In this document: piece by piece, positions 55,465 to 64,000 of the stretch
How positions within the stretch are numbered: the stretch's first letter is position 1
Layout of the letters: each line of letters starts with the position of its first letter
NCBI GenBank assembly: GCA_963729895.1
Contig: CAVSQB010000009.1
Location: forward strand, 32,001 to 96,000
From: an uncultured Fibrobacterota bacterium
GTDB lineage: Bacteria > Fibrobacterota > Chitinivibrionia > Chitinivibrionales > FEN-1185
DNA length: 64,000 nucleotides
Reading direction: 5' to 3'
The notes under the pieces: model-generated
Database searches by the model: none
The model's input: the letters and a program-made list of their open reading frames with translations, nothing else
Told to the model about the DNA's origin: nothing
Made by a program: the position numbers and the translations under genes

Positions 55465-55508
55465 GATACAAAATTGTGCAAAACCTTTTCTTAATTACAA
55501 TTTTGTGC
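55465..55508 (+). promoter_or_regulatory. Candidate activator-binding sites 3 and 4 (GATACAAAATTGTGC; ATTACAATTTTGTGC)
   Basis: Tandem copies 29 bp apart, 65-108 bp upstream of the amtB sigma54 promoter. Confidence 0.7.
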
Positions 55509-55572
55509 GGTGGGCAGCACGCTTTCGGGCAGGAAAGACATGTCACCCGCAGGGTGCCGAACGGTAACGCAA

Positions 55573-55588
55573 TGGCACGGATATTGCA
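55573..55588 (+). promoter_or_regulatory. sigma54 promoter of amtB-glnK operon
   Basis: TGGCAC-GGATA-TTGCA, consensus match. Confidence 0.9.
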
Positions 55589-55823
55589 TTTGTTTTTTTT
55601 CTGAAGACGCTATTAAAAATCAATTCCATTCCATTGGAATAAGACAGGGAACTGCCAAACAACATCAACATAGACAGGAAAACCCCTATGAAATACAAGT
55701 CATCCTGAAAGAATAGCCCTTTCGAAGTTCCCAACGTGTAAACAAGTTCTTGGTTTTCGTACATTGCCGGAGTATCGGCCGGGGTTTTGTAGTGCCCGCT
55801 TTTCAAAACAACAGGAGGATACA

Positions 55824-57206
55824 ATGATAAAAAAGGCCTTCGTAGCAATGGTGGTCGGATTCGTTCTTGCGACTGTAATGCACACGCTCGGACAATCCGC
55901 GAGTCCGCAAACGACTGCGGGTGATTCCGCAAAATCGGCGATTGTTGCGGCGCCTGCGCCAGCGCCCGCACCTGCCCCGGCGCCAGCGCCGGCCCTCAAT
56001 TCCGGCGACACGGCCTGGATGATCGTGGCAACGGCTTTGGTCATGCTCATGACCCTTCCGGGCCTGGCCCTGTTTTACGGAGGTATTGCAAAACGCAAGG
56101 ACACGCTCAACGTCATCGCGATGTCGTTTGTCACCTTTGCCCTTGTAAGTGTCTTGTGGGTAGTCTACGGGTACTCGCTCGCGTTCGGCACCGATGTCCA
56201 CGGCGTCATCGGAAACATTCAGAAATTCATGATGAGCGGGATCAAGGTGGACACGCTGTCCACCTATCAGAATACTATTCCGGAGCTGATTTTCGTGGTG
56301 TTCCAGCTCACCTTTGCCGCAATCACCGTTGCGCTGGCAAGCGGCGCCTACATTGAGCGAATGAAGTTTTCCGCCTGGATTCTGTTTTCGGTTCTGTGGC
56401 TCACGTTTGTATACTGCCCCATCGCACATTGGGTGTGGGGCAACGGATTCCTCGCAAAACTCGGCGCGCTCGACTTTGCCGGCGGCACGGTCGTGCATAT
56501 CAATGCAGGCGTTGCGGCGCTTGTGGGCGCTCTTGTCATGGGAAAACGGAAAGAGATGTCCCTGATACCAAACAACCTTGTGGCCACCGTAACGGGCGCG
56601 GGCCTCTTGTGGTTCGGCTGGTTCGGGTTCAACGCCGGTTCGGCGCTCACGGCAAGCGGCCTTGCATGTGCGGCCTTTATCAATACCAACACCGCTACCG
56701 CGGTCGCCGCACTCTCGTGGATGGCCACGGAATGGTACTTCAATAAGAAACCCACGGTGCTTGGTCTTGCATCCGGGGCAGTGGCTGGCCTTGTTGCCAT
56801 TACGCCTGCCTCTGGGTTTGTCAACGTGGGAGGCGCAATTATCATCGGGGTGGTCGTTGGATTCGTGTGTTACCTTATGGTCGCGTTTGTAAAAGCTAAA
56901 CTCGGCTACGACGACACGCTCGACGCATTCGGCATCCACGGCATAGGCGGGACGATCGGCGCGCTGCTCACCGGGTTCCTCGCGGATCCGGCCATCAACG
57001 CGGCAGGCAAGGGATTGTTCTACGGTAATCCCGGACAGGTGAAGATTCAGCTCATCGCAATCGGCTCGACCATCGGCTACGACGCGGTTGTCACGTTCAT
57101 CATCTTCATGGTCATCAAGGCGGTTGTGGGTTTGCGCGTGAGCCCGGACGAAGAAATGGCCGGATTGGATCAGACCTCGCATGGTGAGAGGGCTTTGGGT
57201 TACTGA
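55824..57206 (+). CDS. amtB: Ammonium transporter
   Basis: GDTAW, PGLALFYGG, FQLTFA, DFAGGTVVH, WFGWFGFNAGS, DDTLDAFGIHG; AGGAGG RBS; N-terminal (AP)n linker. Confidence 0.96.
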   Translation: MIKKAFVAMVVGFVLATVMHTLGQSASPQTTAGDSAKSAIVAAPAPAPAPAPAPAPALNSGDTAWMIVATALVMLMTLPGLALFYGGIAKRKDTLNVIAMSFVTFALVSVLWVVYGYSLAFGTDVHGVIGNIQKFMMSGIKVDTLSTYQNTIPELIFVVFQLTFAAITVALASGAYIERMKFSAWILFSVLWLTFVYCPIAHWVWGNGFLAKLGALDFAGGTVVHINAGVAALVGALVMGKRKEMSLIPNNLVATVTGAGLLWFGWFGFNAGSALTASGLACAAFINTNTATAVAALSWMATEWYFNKKPTVLGLASGAVAGLVAITPASGFVNVGGAIIIGVVVGFVCYLMVAFVKAKLGYDDTLDAFGIHGIGGTIGALLTGFLADPAINAAGKGLFYGNPGQVKIQLIAIGSTIGYDAVVTFIIFMVIKAVVGLRVSPDEEMAGLDQTSHGERALGY

Positions 57207-57248
57207 CGCGAAACCGGACATCACCCATTAATGACAAAAGGAGAACCC

Positions 57249-57596
57249 ATGAAATACATCGTTGCAATAGTACAACCATCCAGGCTTGAGGCCGTGAAGG
57301 AAGCGCTGAGCCACATCGAAGTGTTCCGGCTTACGGTGACGGATGTGGAAGGCATCGGCCGCCAGAAAGGCCATACCGAGGTCTACCGCGGGCACGAATA
57401 CAAGATCAATTTCGTGAGAAAGGTAAAGCTGGAGATCGCCGTGGATGACAAATACGTCGAACCGATCATCGATGCGATCGCGGGCTCGGCCCGCACGGGT
57501 AAAGAGGGACAGATCGGCGACGGCAAGATATTCATTCTTCCGCTCGAAGACGTCATGCGGATCCGGACCCGCGAACGGGGCTCGGAGGCGTTGTAA
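57249..57596 (+). CDS. glnK: P-II nitrogen regulator (canonical)
   Basis: GIGRQKGHTEVYRGHEY (Tyr51 kept), IGDGKIF, RIRTRERG; linked to amtB. Confidence 0.93.
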   Translation: MKYIVAIVQPSRLEAVKEALSHIEVFRLTVTDVEGIGRQKGHTEVYRGHEYKINFVRKVKLEIAVDDKYVEPIIDAIAGSARTGKEGQIGDGKIFILPLEDVMRIRTRERGSEAL

Positions 57597-57742
57597 GCGT
57601 TCGGGTGTGCGGGCAAGGCCGGGCGGCGCGTTTCAGAACGTTCATGGCAATGTACTCCTGAGAATGCCGCCGCCCGGCGGTCCGCCTTTGCGGAACACTG
57701 GACGGAAATAATCGATTCGTACTCACAGTGAAAGGAAACACT

Positions 57743-58546
57743 ATGAAAAGAATATCGATACTACCCGTAATTGCGGCGATGGTCTTCTGGTTTGCGCCTG
57801 CCGCGACAGCCACTCCTTCCACGCAGATTTGGATTCCGTCAACCGACATACAGGGGTTCGGCGTTTTTCATCTCGGCTGGGATTCGTACATCAAGACCGC
57901 CGCCCTCAGTGATGGGGTGTTTGAACCCACGGTCACCAACGGCGGGATAACGGTAGGCGTATTGCCCTTTAAGCAGGTTGGGCTTGAGATCGGCATCGAC
58001 TATCGTGATATCAATGCCAATCATATATACCCGCTCTACTTCAACGCCAAGCTGGGGGTTCCTGAGGACGCTTTCTTCAAATACATGCCGGCGGTGGCAA
58101 TCGGGGCCTTCGATTTGGGAACAAAAACGAGCGGCGCAAGTCTCACTAATTTCAACATTTCCTACGGTCTCATTGCAAAGAATATCTGGAAGCTCGGACG
58201 CATTTCGGCCGGATATTATCTGGGCAACGACAATGCTCTGGGCGTGGCGAAGAAAGACGCCCAGGGGTTTCTGGTGTCGTGGGATCGCACGATGTCCGAG
58301 CTTACCGATAAACTCTGGCTTGCCGTGGATTACATGGGCGGATACAACAGTTACAGCGAGATAAGCGTCGGCGCCTCATACGCGATAACACCCGACGTGA
58401 GTTTTATTGTCGGATACGACGTTTGGAGCGATATCGACTATGTAAACCATGTAGGCGGTATTCCGGCAAAACCAACGGTTACTGTCCAGTTTGACGTCAA
58501 CCTGCCGGCGGTTCAGGATTGGTTCAAGAAACCGGAAAAGAAGTAA
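57743..58546 (+). CDS. Exported protein, probable outer-membrane beta-barrel
   Basis: Signal peptide (ATA), alternating amphipathic strands rich in aromatics and Gly. Confidence 0.65.
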   Translation: MKRISILPVIAAMVFWFAPAATATPSTQIWIPSTDIQGFGVFHLGWDSYIKTAALSDGVFEPTVTNGGITVGVLPFKQVGLEIGIDYRDINANHIYPLYFNAKLGVPEDAFFKYMPAVAIGAFDLGTKTSGASLTNFNISYGLIAKNIWKLGRISAGYYLGNDNALGVAKKDAQGFLVSWDRTMSELTDKLWLAVDYMGGYNSYSEISVGASYAITPDVSFIVGYDVWSDIDYVNHVGGIPAKPTVTVQFDVNLPAVQDWFKKPEKK

Positions 58547-58776
58547 GTTCAAACATGTGGGAAAACGCATCGAAGAGACGTCATGGCATGACGTCTCCAG
58601 TATCTTCCTGCAATGCTCGTAGTAAAAAGATTCCTGCCATTTCACACGCGGGTGGCATGTAAGTCAATTCGCATTCCTTCCCCGGTATATCGCCCCATGC
58701 TCTCCGACGAGTCTGGCCCTGGCCTTGGGTGCGCTGGGGCATCGTGTTCGGCGATATCGGTGCCAGTCCGCTCTAG

Positions 58777-60088
58777 CAGGTTGTTGAAATAGTCCTAACA
58801 GAAGCGCTCTTGTTGATTTTTTATGAACCTAACTTCAACTTTACATATGTCAGAGAGGTTTTACCTGCCTCGTTCCGAGGCATTTCCCCGGATTCCCAGG
58901 CCATTCTCATGCTGCCCCCACCGTTTGCGGCATCAACTTAACCATGCGTATCAAGTTGTACGCTGCGGCAACCACGTAGGCAACAGTCTGGTTGATTCGT
59001 ATTCCTCTTACCCGAGTTTTCCGCAGGCCACCGACGCTCTTGATCCACCCAAATATCTCTTCAACCCGTTTTCGTTTCCGTTGACTTACGCTGTATCCCT
59101 TATGCCGAGTCGTTCTTCCATCCAACCCTTTAAGCGAAGTGTTGGCCTTCTCGGCAATGTGAGGCTTCACGTGCAGGCGTCGCAGGCTCTTGATAAATTC
59201 GGTTGCATGATACCCTTTGTCTGCACCCACCGTCTTCATCCGGCGTTTTCCGCGCCTGCGTTCATGCTTTATCAGCTCAAGCGCCATATCCCGTTCCGCT
59301 GTCCCCGTCGCTGGCGCAATGGCGATATCAACACACAACCCATTTCGGTTTTCCATCAGCACGTGACCGGAATACGCCAGCTGCGCTCCCGTTCTCTTGT
59401 TCTTCCGAGCCAACAGCGCCTCTGGATCGGTCGAACTCTGATGTGTCTCATTGCTTCGCTTCTCATGGTGGAAATCAACCGACGGATTACTCCGATCATC
59501 GTCAGTCTTGTTCGCCGATTCCGCGTCTTTTCGCTTGAAGCTCTTCATCGATGCCCAGGCTTCAATCAACGTGCCGTCAACCGTGAAATGCTCATCGGAC
59601 AACAACTCTTCGGAACGAGCAAGACGCACGATTTCCTGCATCAGCCGGTGCGCAATCTCCTGTTCCATAAGTCGATCTCGGTTCTTCGAAAACACACTAT
59701 GATCAAACGATGCCGCATCCAGATCCATGTCAAGAAACCATCGGAACAGAATGTTATAGTCCAGCATCTCGCAAAACAACCGGTCCGACCGTATCGAAAA
59801 CAAAGCCATCAATATCTGTGCTTTCAAAAGCCATTCCGGCGGTATCGAAGGGCGTCCCATCCGGCTGTACATCGCCTCAAAGTCACGAGAAAGGCGGCGC
59901 AGCGCTATGTCCGTAAACTGTTTGACACGACGAAGCGGGTGCGTTGCCGGCACTCGGGAATCCGGAGAAACGAAGCTGAACATACCGCCTTGGGCTGGCT
60001 GGGAACCTCTCATCAATACTCCTTGGTTCGGGTTCCCCTATAATATAAGGATAAATGTTTACAAAAGGGAGACTTTTTCAACACCCTG
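58777..60088 (-). mobile_element. Complete IS5-family insertion sequence (1312 bp)
   Basis: 18-bp IR CAGG(T/G)TGTTGAAA(T/A)AGTC; CTAG target duplication at 58773-58776 and 60089-60092. Confidence 0.93.
58907..60016 (-). CDS. IS5-family DDE transposase
   Basis: HPLRR, GRPSIPPE, LFRWFL, FTVDGTLIEAWAS, STDPEA, GADKGY, RKRVEEIFGW. Confidence 0.95.
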   Translation of the reverse strand: MMRGSQPAQGGMFSFVSPDSRVPATHPLRRVKQFTDIALRRLSRDFEAMYSRMGRPSIPPEWLLKAQILMALFSIRSDRLFCEMLDYNILFRWFLDMDLDAASFDHSVFSKNRDRLMEQEIAHRLMQEIVRLARSEELLSDEHFTVDGTLIEAWASMKSFKRKDAESANKTDDDRSNPSVDFHHEKRSNETHQSSTDPEALLARKNKRTGAQLAYSGHVLMENRNGLCVDIAIAPATGTAERDMALELIKHERRRGKRRMKTVGADKGYHATEFIKSLRRLHVKPHIAEKANTSLKGLDGRTTRHKGYSVSQRKRKRVEEIFGWIKSVGGLRKTRVRGIRINQTVAYVVAAAYNLIRMVKLMPQTVGAA

Positions 60089-60326
60089 CTAGGCGTTGCG
60101 TATTCCCCGTCGACATTTCCTCGTTCTATGCCTTGCCGTCCAACCGGGTGGCGGAGCTTGGGGTGCACATGGAACGGTGATTGCTGTTTTTCGGCTTTGC
60201 ATTACCGTTCACAAAGTTCATGATCATCGCCACCCTGCAGGGGCACTCCGATAAATAAGGAAATACGTTGAAAATTTAAAGTATTTCATTGTATATTGCA
60301 CTTCGATTTTAGCAGGGAAGGGAAGA

Positions 60327-60671
60327 GTGAAAGAAGTCATACAAACAATACCCCCTCTTGTTTTTTTAATAATTGCCACTACTTTAGAGGTAAGCGGGGA
60401 CGCTACAGTCAGAATAGCGATCTACAAATATTCCGGACTGTTGCGCATCGTGCTTTTGACGGTGGGAGCTTTGCTGTTGCTAGGATATGGATCTTTTCTC
60501 AACTTAGCCCCTTTAGAATTCGGGCAAGTAGTCGGTCTCTATATTGCAACATTGTTTGTTGTCTGGCAAACCATTAACTTTGTCTTCTTTCGATCTCTTC
60601 CAACAATTCCGATCCTGGTGGGAGGCATCTTGATCATAATGGGCGGCACAATCGTCACTTTTTGGAAATAA
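60327..60671 (+). CDS. Small four-TM membrane protein (YnfA/SMR-like)
   Basis: ATTLEVSGD with membrane Glu, FGQVVGLYIA, four TM helices; AT-rich. Confidence 0.7.
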   Translation: MKEVIQTIPPLVFLIIATTLEVSGDATVRIAIYKYSGLLRIVLLTVGALLLLGYGSFLNLAPLEFGQVVGLYIATLFVVWQTINFVFFRSLPTIPILVGGILIIMGGTIVTFWK

Positions 60672-60807
60672 CAGGGCTTATGCGAACTGTTGCCGTCATC
60701 CGTGGGAGAATGCGATTCAGGTGGAGTCAAATTTAATTCCGGTTTGCCGAGCGTGTGCGGCTTCCTCTGCGCCATTGCGGTGAATCTTCTTCACAATTCT
60801 GATTGCC

Positions 60808-61146
60808 CTAAATCGCCGCCGGCCCTTCTTCACCGGTGCGAATCCTGACGCATTGCTCGATGTCGAGCACGAAAATCTTGCCGCCGCTGATATTGTCGTT
60901 TTTCGCGTATTTCTTGATAATGTCGATGGTCTGCTGCACGCTGTCGTCGTTGACGGCAAGCTCCATCTTTACCTTGCCGACAAGATTGGGCTCGTAGTCG
61001 TTTGCCCGGTGGATGTCCGGAAAATGGGTGAGCTGGCTGGAACCGCTCACGTTGTACACGGTCATCTTCCCGAGACAGGCGTCGAACAGGGCCTGTTTTA
61101 CATCGGCGAATTTTGACGGTTGAATGATCGCGGTGACCAGTTTCAT
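60808..61146 (-). CDS. Divergent P-II family protein
   Basis: MKLVTAIIQP, KVKMELAV, GGKIFV, RIRTGEEG; T-loop base altered (SGSSQLT). Confidence 0.88.
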   Translation of the reverse strand: MKLVTAIIQPSKFADVKQALFDACLGKMTVYNVSGSSQLTHFPDIHRANDYEPNLVGKVKMELAVNDDSVQQTIDIIKKYAKNDNISGGKIFVLDIEQCVRIRTGEEGPAAI

Positions 61147-61153
61147 TGCGGCA

Positions 61154-61462
61154 TCACATGCTTACGGTATGTGGAACGTTCAAGACGAATATCTTTCCGT
61201 CGCCGATGCGGCCCGATCGGCACACGCCGGCGATCTTGTCGATCACCGGTCGCACGCGTTTATCAGGCACTTCGATCTCAACCTTGATCTTCCTGAGAAG
61301 GTTGGTCTCGAACGCCGAATTCTTTTCGCTCTCGGCGTGGCCCGACTGGCTTCCGCACCCCATTACTTCGGTAACGGAGAAACCCTCCACGGTTTCGTCG
61401 AGAAGTATATCCTTAACATCAGGTAGTTTTATGGGTCGTATGACCGCAACAACGAGTTTCAT
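61154..61462 (-). CDS. Divergent P-II family protein lacking the C-terminal RxR loop
   Basis: MKLVVAVIRP, GCGSQSG, KIKVEI, GRIGDGKIFV, stops at VPHTVSM. Confidence 0.85.
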   Translation of the reverse strand: MKLVVAVIRPIKLPDVKDILLDETVEGFSVTEVMGCGSQSGHAESEKNSAFETNLLRKIKVEIEVPDKRVRPVIDKIAGVCRSGRIGDGKIFVLNVPHTVSM

Positions 61463-61484
61463 GGTTCCACAACCGGTCCTCCGC

Positions 61485-62726
61485 CTACCACGGCGCCGGC
61501 GATGAATTTCCTGCAGGCTTGTCCGTTTGCCTTGTGTCTGCAGCATCCGGAACAACGGAAATTCGCGCAATCAGGCTCCGCGAAATAGGAATTTCCGCTC
61601 CGTCAACATTCAGGTGCAGAATGGACGCGTCGACCACGCTGAGCGCTCCCCGCATCACGGTTCCGTTCTGCATCACCACCTCCATCGTTCGCCCGGAATA
61701 AGAGAAATTCATCAGGTCTTCGTATGGAATTGAGCCTGAGGCAGGCGCCTGCTGCCCAACCGGAGACGCCGCGGGAGCCGGCGCATACTGATATGGAGCC
61801 GCGGAAATCATTGTCCGGGTCCGAACAAAGCTTTTGTCGTAGCTGTACCTGCCGCCCTGATCAACGCGGACCGTCAGCGACGCATCGTCCACCGATTCGA
61901 TGACGCCGGTCACAACGTCGCCCGTGGTGAGCGTAATTTGATAGCGCGCGCCCACCACATAATCGGGCGGCGGATTAGCCGGCGTATTGACAATGGTTAT
62001 TTTTACCGGAGCAGACTGGCCGGGCGGCGTAGCCGTGGAGACCCCAAGGCTCCGGCTGTACCATGCGCGCCACGATTCACGAGTGCTGCCGGCTTCAACT
62101 CCGGTGATCTTTGCAAGCGCGCATGCTGCGGCATTTATCCTGATGGTAACGTAAATGTCGACACTGGCCTCCACCATCTTGTTCCCCGCCATCCGCTTCT
62201 GATGAATGTCGGTTGTGGCGGAAGCCTCTACATAGTGTTCGCATCGGGTAAGAGTCTGGTATTCCACAAACGGCGACGAAAGGAGAAACTTGTTCTTCGA
62301 ACTGATAACATACGTCTGCACCCAGTCGTCGAAGCTTCCCATTCCCGGTGCAAACTGCGCTCCCGAGACAACGTAAAGGTATTCAGCCTGCGGGAAAACC
62401 TCGACAAGCGTTGGAACGGCGGCACGCGCCTTGTCCCCGAAATCGGCGAGCTCGATGGCCGCCCGAAGGCTCTGCTTGATGGCCACGAGCCCGTCGGACG
62501 AGGATACCGCCGGCACGCCGCCTTGCGGATTGTATTTCGCATAGGCTGCGGCAGCCTCAGGCGTCCGGTACAGAGACGGGCCGTTCTTGATAACGTCGAC
62601 AAGCTGCTGCACCCGCTCCGCATCGGAGGCGCGGACAGGCAACACAAGGGAAAGCAGCTGAAGCAACGAAAACGCAAGCACACACAGCAGGTTCTTTTTT
62701 TCAATCATGGTATGGTTCTCCTTCAC
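61485..62726 (-). CDS. Exported hypothetical protein with HEAT-like region and two repeated small beta domains
   Basis: Signal peptide; LADFGDKARAAVPTL; ITLTTGDVVTGVIESVD and VVMQNGTVMRGALSVVD repeats. Confidence 0.65.
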   Translation of the reverse strand: MKENHTMIEKKNLLCVLAFSLLQLLSLVLPVRASDAERVQQLVDVIKNGPSLYRTPEAAAAYAKYNPQGGVPAVSSSDGLVAIKQSLRAAIELADFGDKARAAVPTLVEVFPQAEYLYVVSGAQFAPGMGSFDDWVQTYVISSKNKFLLSSPFVEYQTLTRCEHYVEASATTDIHQKRMAGNKMVEASVDIYVTIRINAAACALAKITGVEAGSTRESWRAWYSRSLGVSTATPPGQSAPVKITIVNTPANPPPDYVVGARYQITLTTGDVVTGVIESVDDASLTVRVDQGGRYSYDKSFVRTRTMISAAPYQYAPAPAASPVGQQAPASGSIPYEDLMNFSYSGRTMEVVMQNGTVMRGALSVVDASILHLNVDGAEIPISRSLIARISVVPDAADTRQTDKPAGNSSPAPW

Positions 62727-62858
62727 TCGGAATTGCGGCGGCCTCGACCGGTCACGACACGGCGTCTAACTTCCACGGTCGCCCGTGGTAAAAATAGAAT
62801 ATCCGCCCTTGCCACACCACCAGTATCGGGTTTTCGCCTCGCTGCCGCCGTTTATTGC

Positions 62859-64000
62859 CTACGCTTTCGAATTTTGCGACGCGACGGCCGACTGCATCGC
62901 GGCGCCGGCTTTGCGGCGAGCATGGCCCCTTCGTACGCTTCCGCCGGCTTCATGGTATTCCGTCATTTCGGTCCTCACCTGCGGGATAAGCCTCGGACTC
63001 ACGCTGAGCGACCGTATCCCGATGTCAAGCAGCCGTGCGGCAAAACCTTGTTTGCCCGCCATCTCGCCGCAAATGGACAAAGGCTTTCCGCACTCGGCCG
63101 ACGCGCCGACGAGATCTTCCAGAAGGCTCCACAGGACGGGATGCCCGGGGTTGTAGTCGGAGGAAACCTGTTCGTTGTTCCGATCCACGGCGAACAAATA
63201 CTGTATCAGATCGTTTGATCCTATGCTGCCGAAATCGACATGCTTAAAAATCAACTTCGCCTGCATGCACGCGCTGGGCACCTCGAACATGGCCCCCAGT
63301 TCTATGTTCTCCGCCGCGCCGGGGACTCCATCAAAAATCCCCCGAACGCCGTCAACCAGTTCCTTCTGCTGGCGGTCATCAATCACCATGGGAAACAAGA
63401 TTCGCACCTTGCCAAGCTTTGCGAGCCGTGCGAGTGCGCGCACCTGGTCGCGGAAAATATCCGGGTTCCCTAAAAGAAAACGCGCGCCGCGCCAGCCCAG
63501 GTAGGGGTTGGGTTCTTTCTGGATTCTGAGGAACGGCAGCGGCTTGTCGCCGCCGACGTCGAGCAGGCGGAATGTCACCGGTTTGTTTCCGATCCCCTCC
63601 AGAACGCGCTTGTACCGATCGAACTGCTCGTCCTCGCTCAGCAAGCGGTCTTCCCGGATGAACATGATTTCCGTCCTAAATAGTCCGATGCCGTCGGCCT
63701 CCAGCAGGCTGGCCTGCCGCACGTCTTCCAGAATGCTTGCGTTCGCGAGCACTTCCATGCCGGGCGGGGAAGCGTGCAGATACTCTTTTTGAGCCTTGAC
63801 ATCAGAGATGGGCAATACTTTTTTGGTGACCTCCTCGGTTGGCGCCAGGTACACTCTGCCGCCGTCCCCGTCCACGAGCACCACATCGCCGCATTTTACG
63901 AATTCCGTAACACCGTGCACACCCGTGACCGCGGGAATTCCCAGCGACCGGGCGATGATTGCCGCATGGGAAGAAATGCCGCCGTGCTCCGTCACAAAAC
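62859..64000 (-). CDS. PEP-protein phosphotransferase (PTS enzyme I), 5' truncated by window edge
   Basis: SHAAIIARS phospho-His, GIGLFRTE, DVGGDK, EPNPYLGWRG, MFEVP, SIGSNDL, ICGE. Confidence 0.95.
   Translation of the reverse strand, partial: FVTEHGGISSHAAIIARSLGIPAVTGVHGVTEFVKCGDVVLVDGDGGRVYLAPTEEVTKKVLPISDVKAQKEYLHASPPGMEVLANASILEDVRQASLLEADGIGLFRTEIMFIREDRLLSEDEQFDRYKRVLEGIGNKPVTFRLLDVGGDKPLPFLRIQKEPNPYLGWRGARFLLGNPDIFRDQVRALARLAKLGKVRILFPMVIDDRQQKELVDGVRGIFDGVPGAAENIELGAMFEVPSACMQAKLIFKHVDFGSIGSNDLIQYLFAVDRNNEQVSSDYNPGHPVLWSLLEDLVGASAECGKPLSICGEMAGKQGFAARLLDIGIRSLSVSPRLIPQVRTEMTEYHEAGGSVRRGHARRKAGAAMQSAVASQNSKA

Larger units (their letters stand above)
58713..60180 (+). pseudogene. kup: Remnant of KUP/HAK/KT potassium transporter gene, split by IS5
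   Basis: LALALGALG(+1)IVFGDIGASPL* left of the IS; ALR then SFYALPSNRVAELGVHME right of it; these match the Kup N-terminal GDIGTSPLY and C-terminal P.NRVVELG motifs. Confidence 0.8.

Overview
Bacterial DNA, GC-rich, from an anaerobe that is probably diderm (it has TolC and an outer-membrane barrel); taxonomy cannot be assigned from the sequence alone. I see four blocks. (1) 1-13.4 kb: an [FeFe]-hydrogenase preceded by a GltD-like oxidoreductase, and a maturation operon (TM1266-type regulator, aspA, hydF, hydG, hydE, MATE) divergent from rex. The operon has a clean sigma70 promoter, a Rex-type palindrome and a riboswitch-like attenuator I do not recognise. (2) 13.5-35.0 kb: a 16-gene, ~21.5 kb minus-strand redox cluster: mvhD, metF-like, two FMN-domain and one GATase/GXGXG glutamate synthase parts, an HdrA split by an inserted NuoE/F/G-like module, mvhD, metV, hdrC, tandem hdrA and flxDCBA. 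It has no hdrB and no gltD. (3) 36.2-53.1 kb: a hybrid ABC/RND/TolC export locus including an RND permease fused to an ABC ATPase, interrupted by an IS5 element. (4) 53.2-64 kb: a nitrogen-control island with a NifA-like GAF activator, a stand-alone copy of its HTH, two sigma54 promoters, four copies of a candidate operator, amtB-glnK and a barrel gene. It also holds a decayed kup gene hit by a second IS5, two degenerate P-II genes and PTS enzyme I. No rRNA, tRNA or CRISPR array was seen. All calls come from reading motifs by eye; no database search was run. The best candidates for undescribed systems are the split-HdrA/glutamate synthase/MetFV electron-transfer complex, the hydrogenase-maturation leader RNA, the activator plus stand-alone HTH circuit, and the RND-ABC hybrid.
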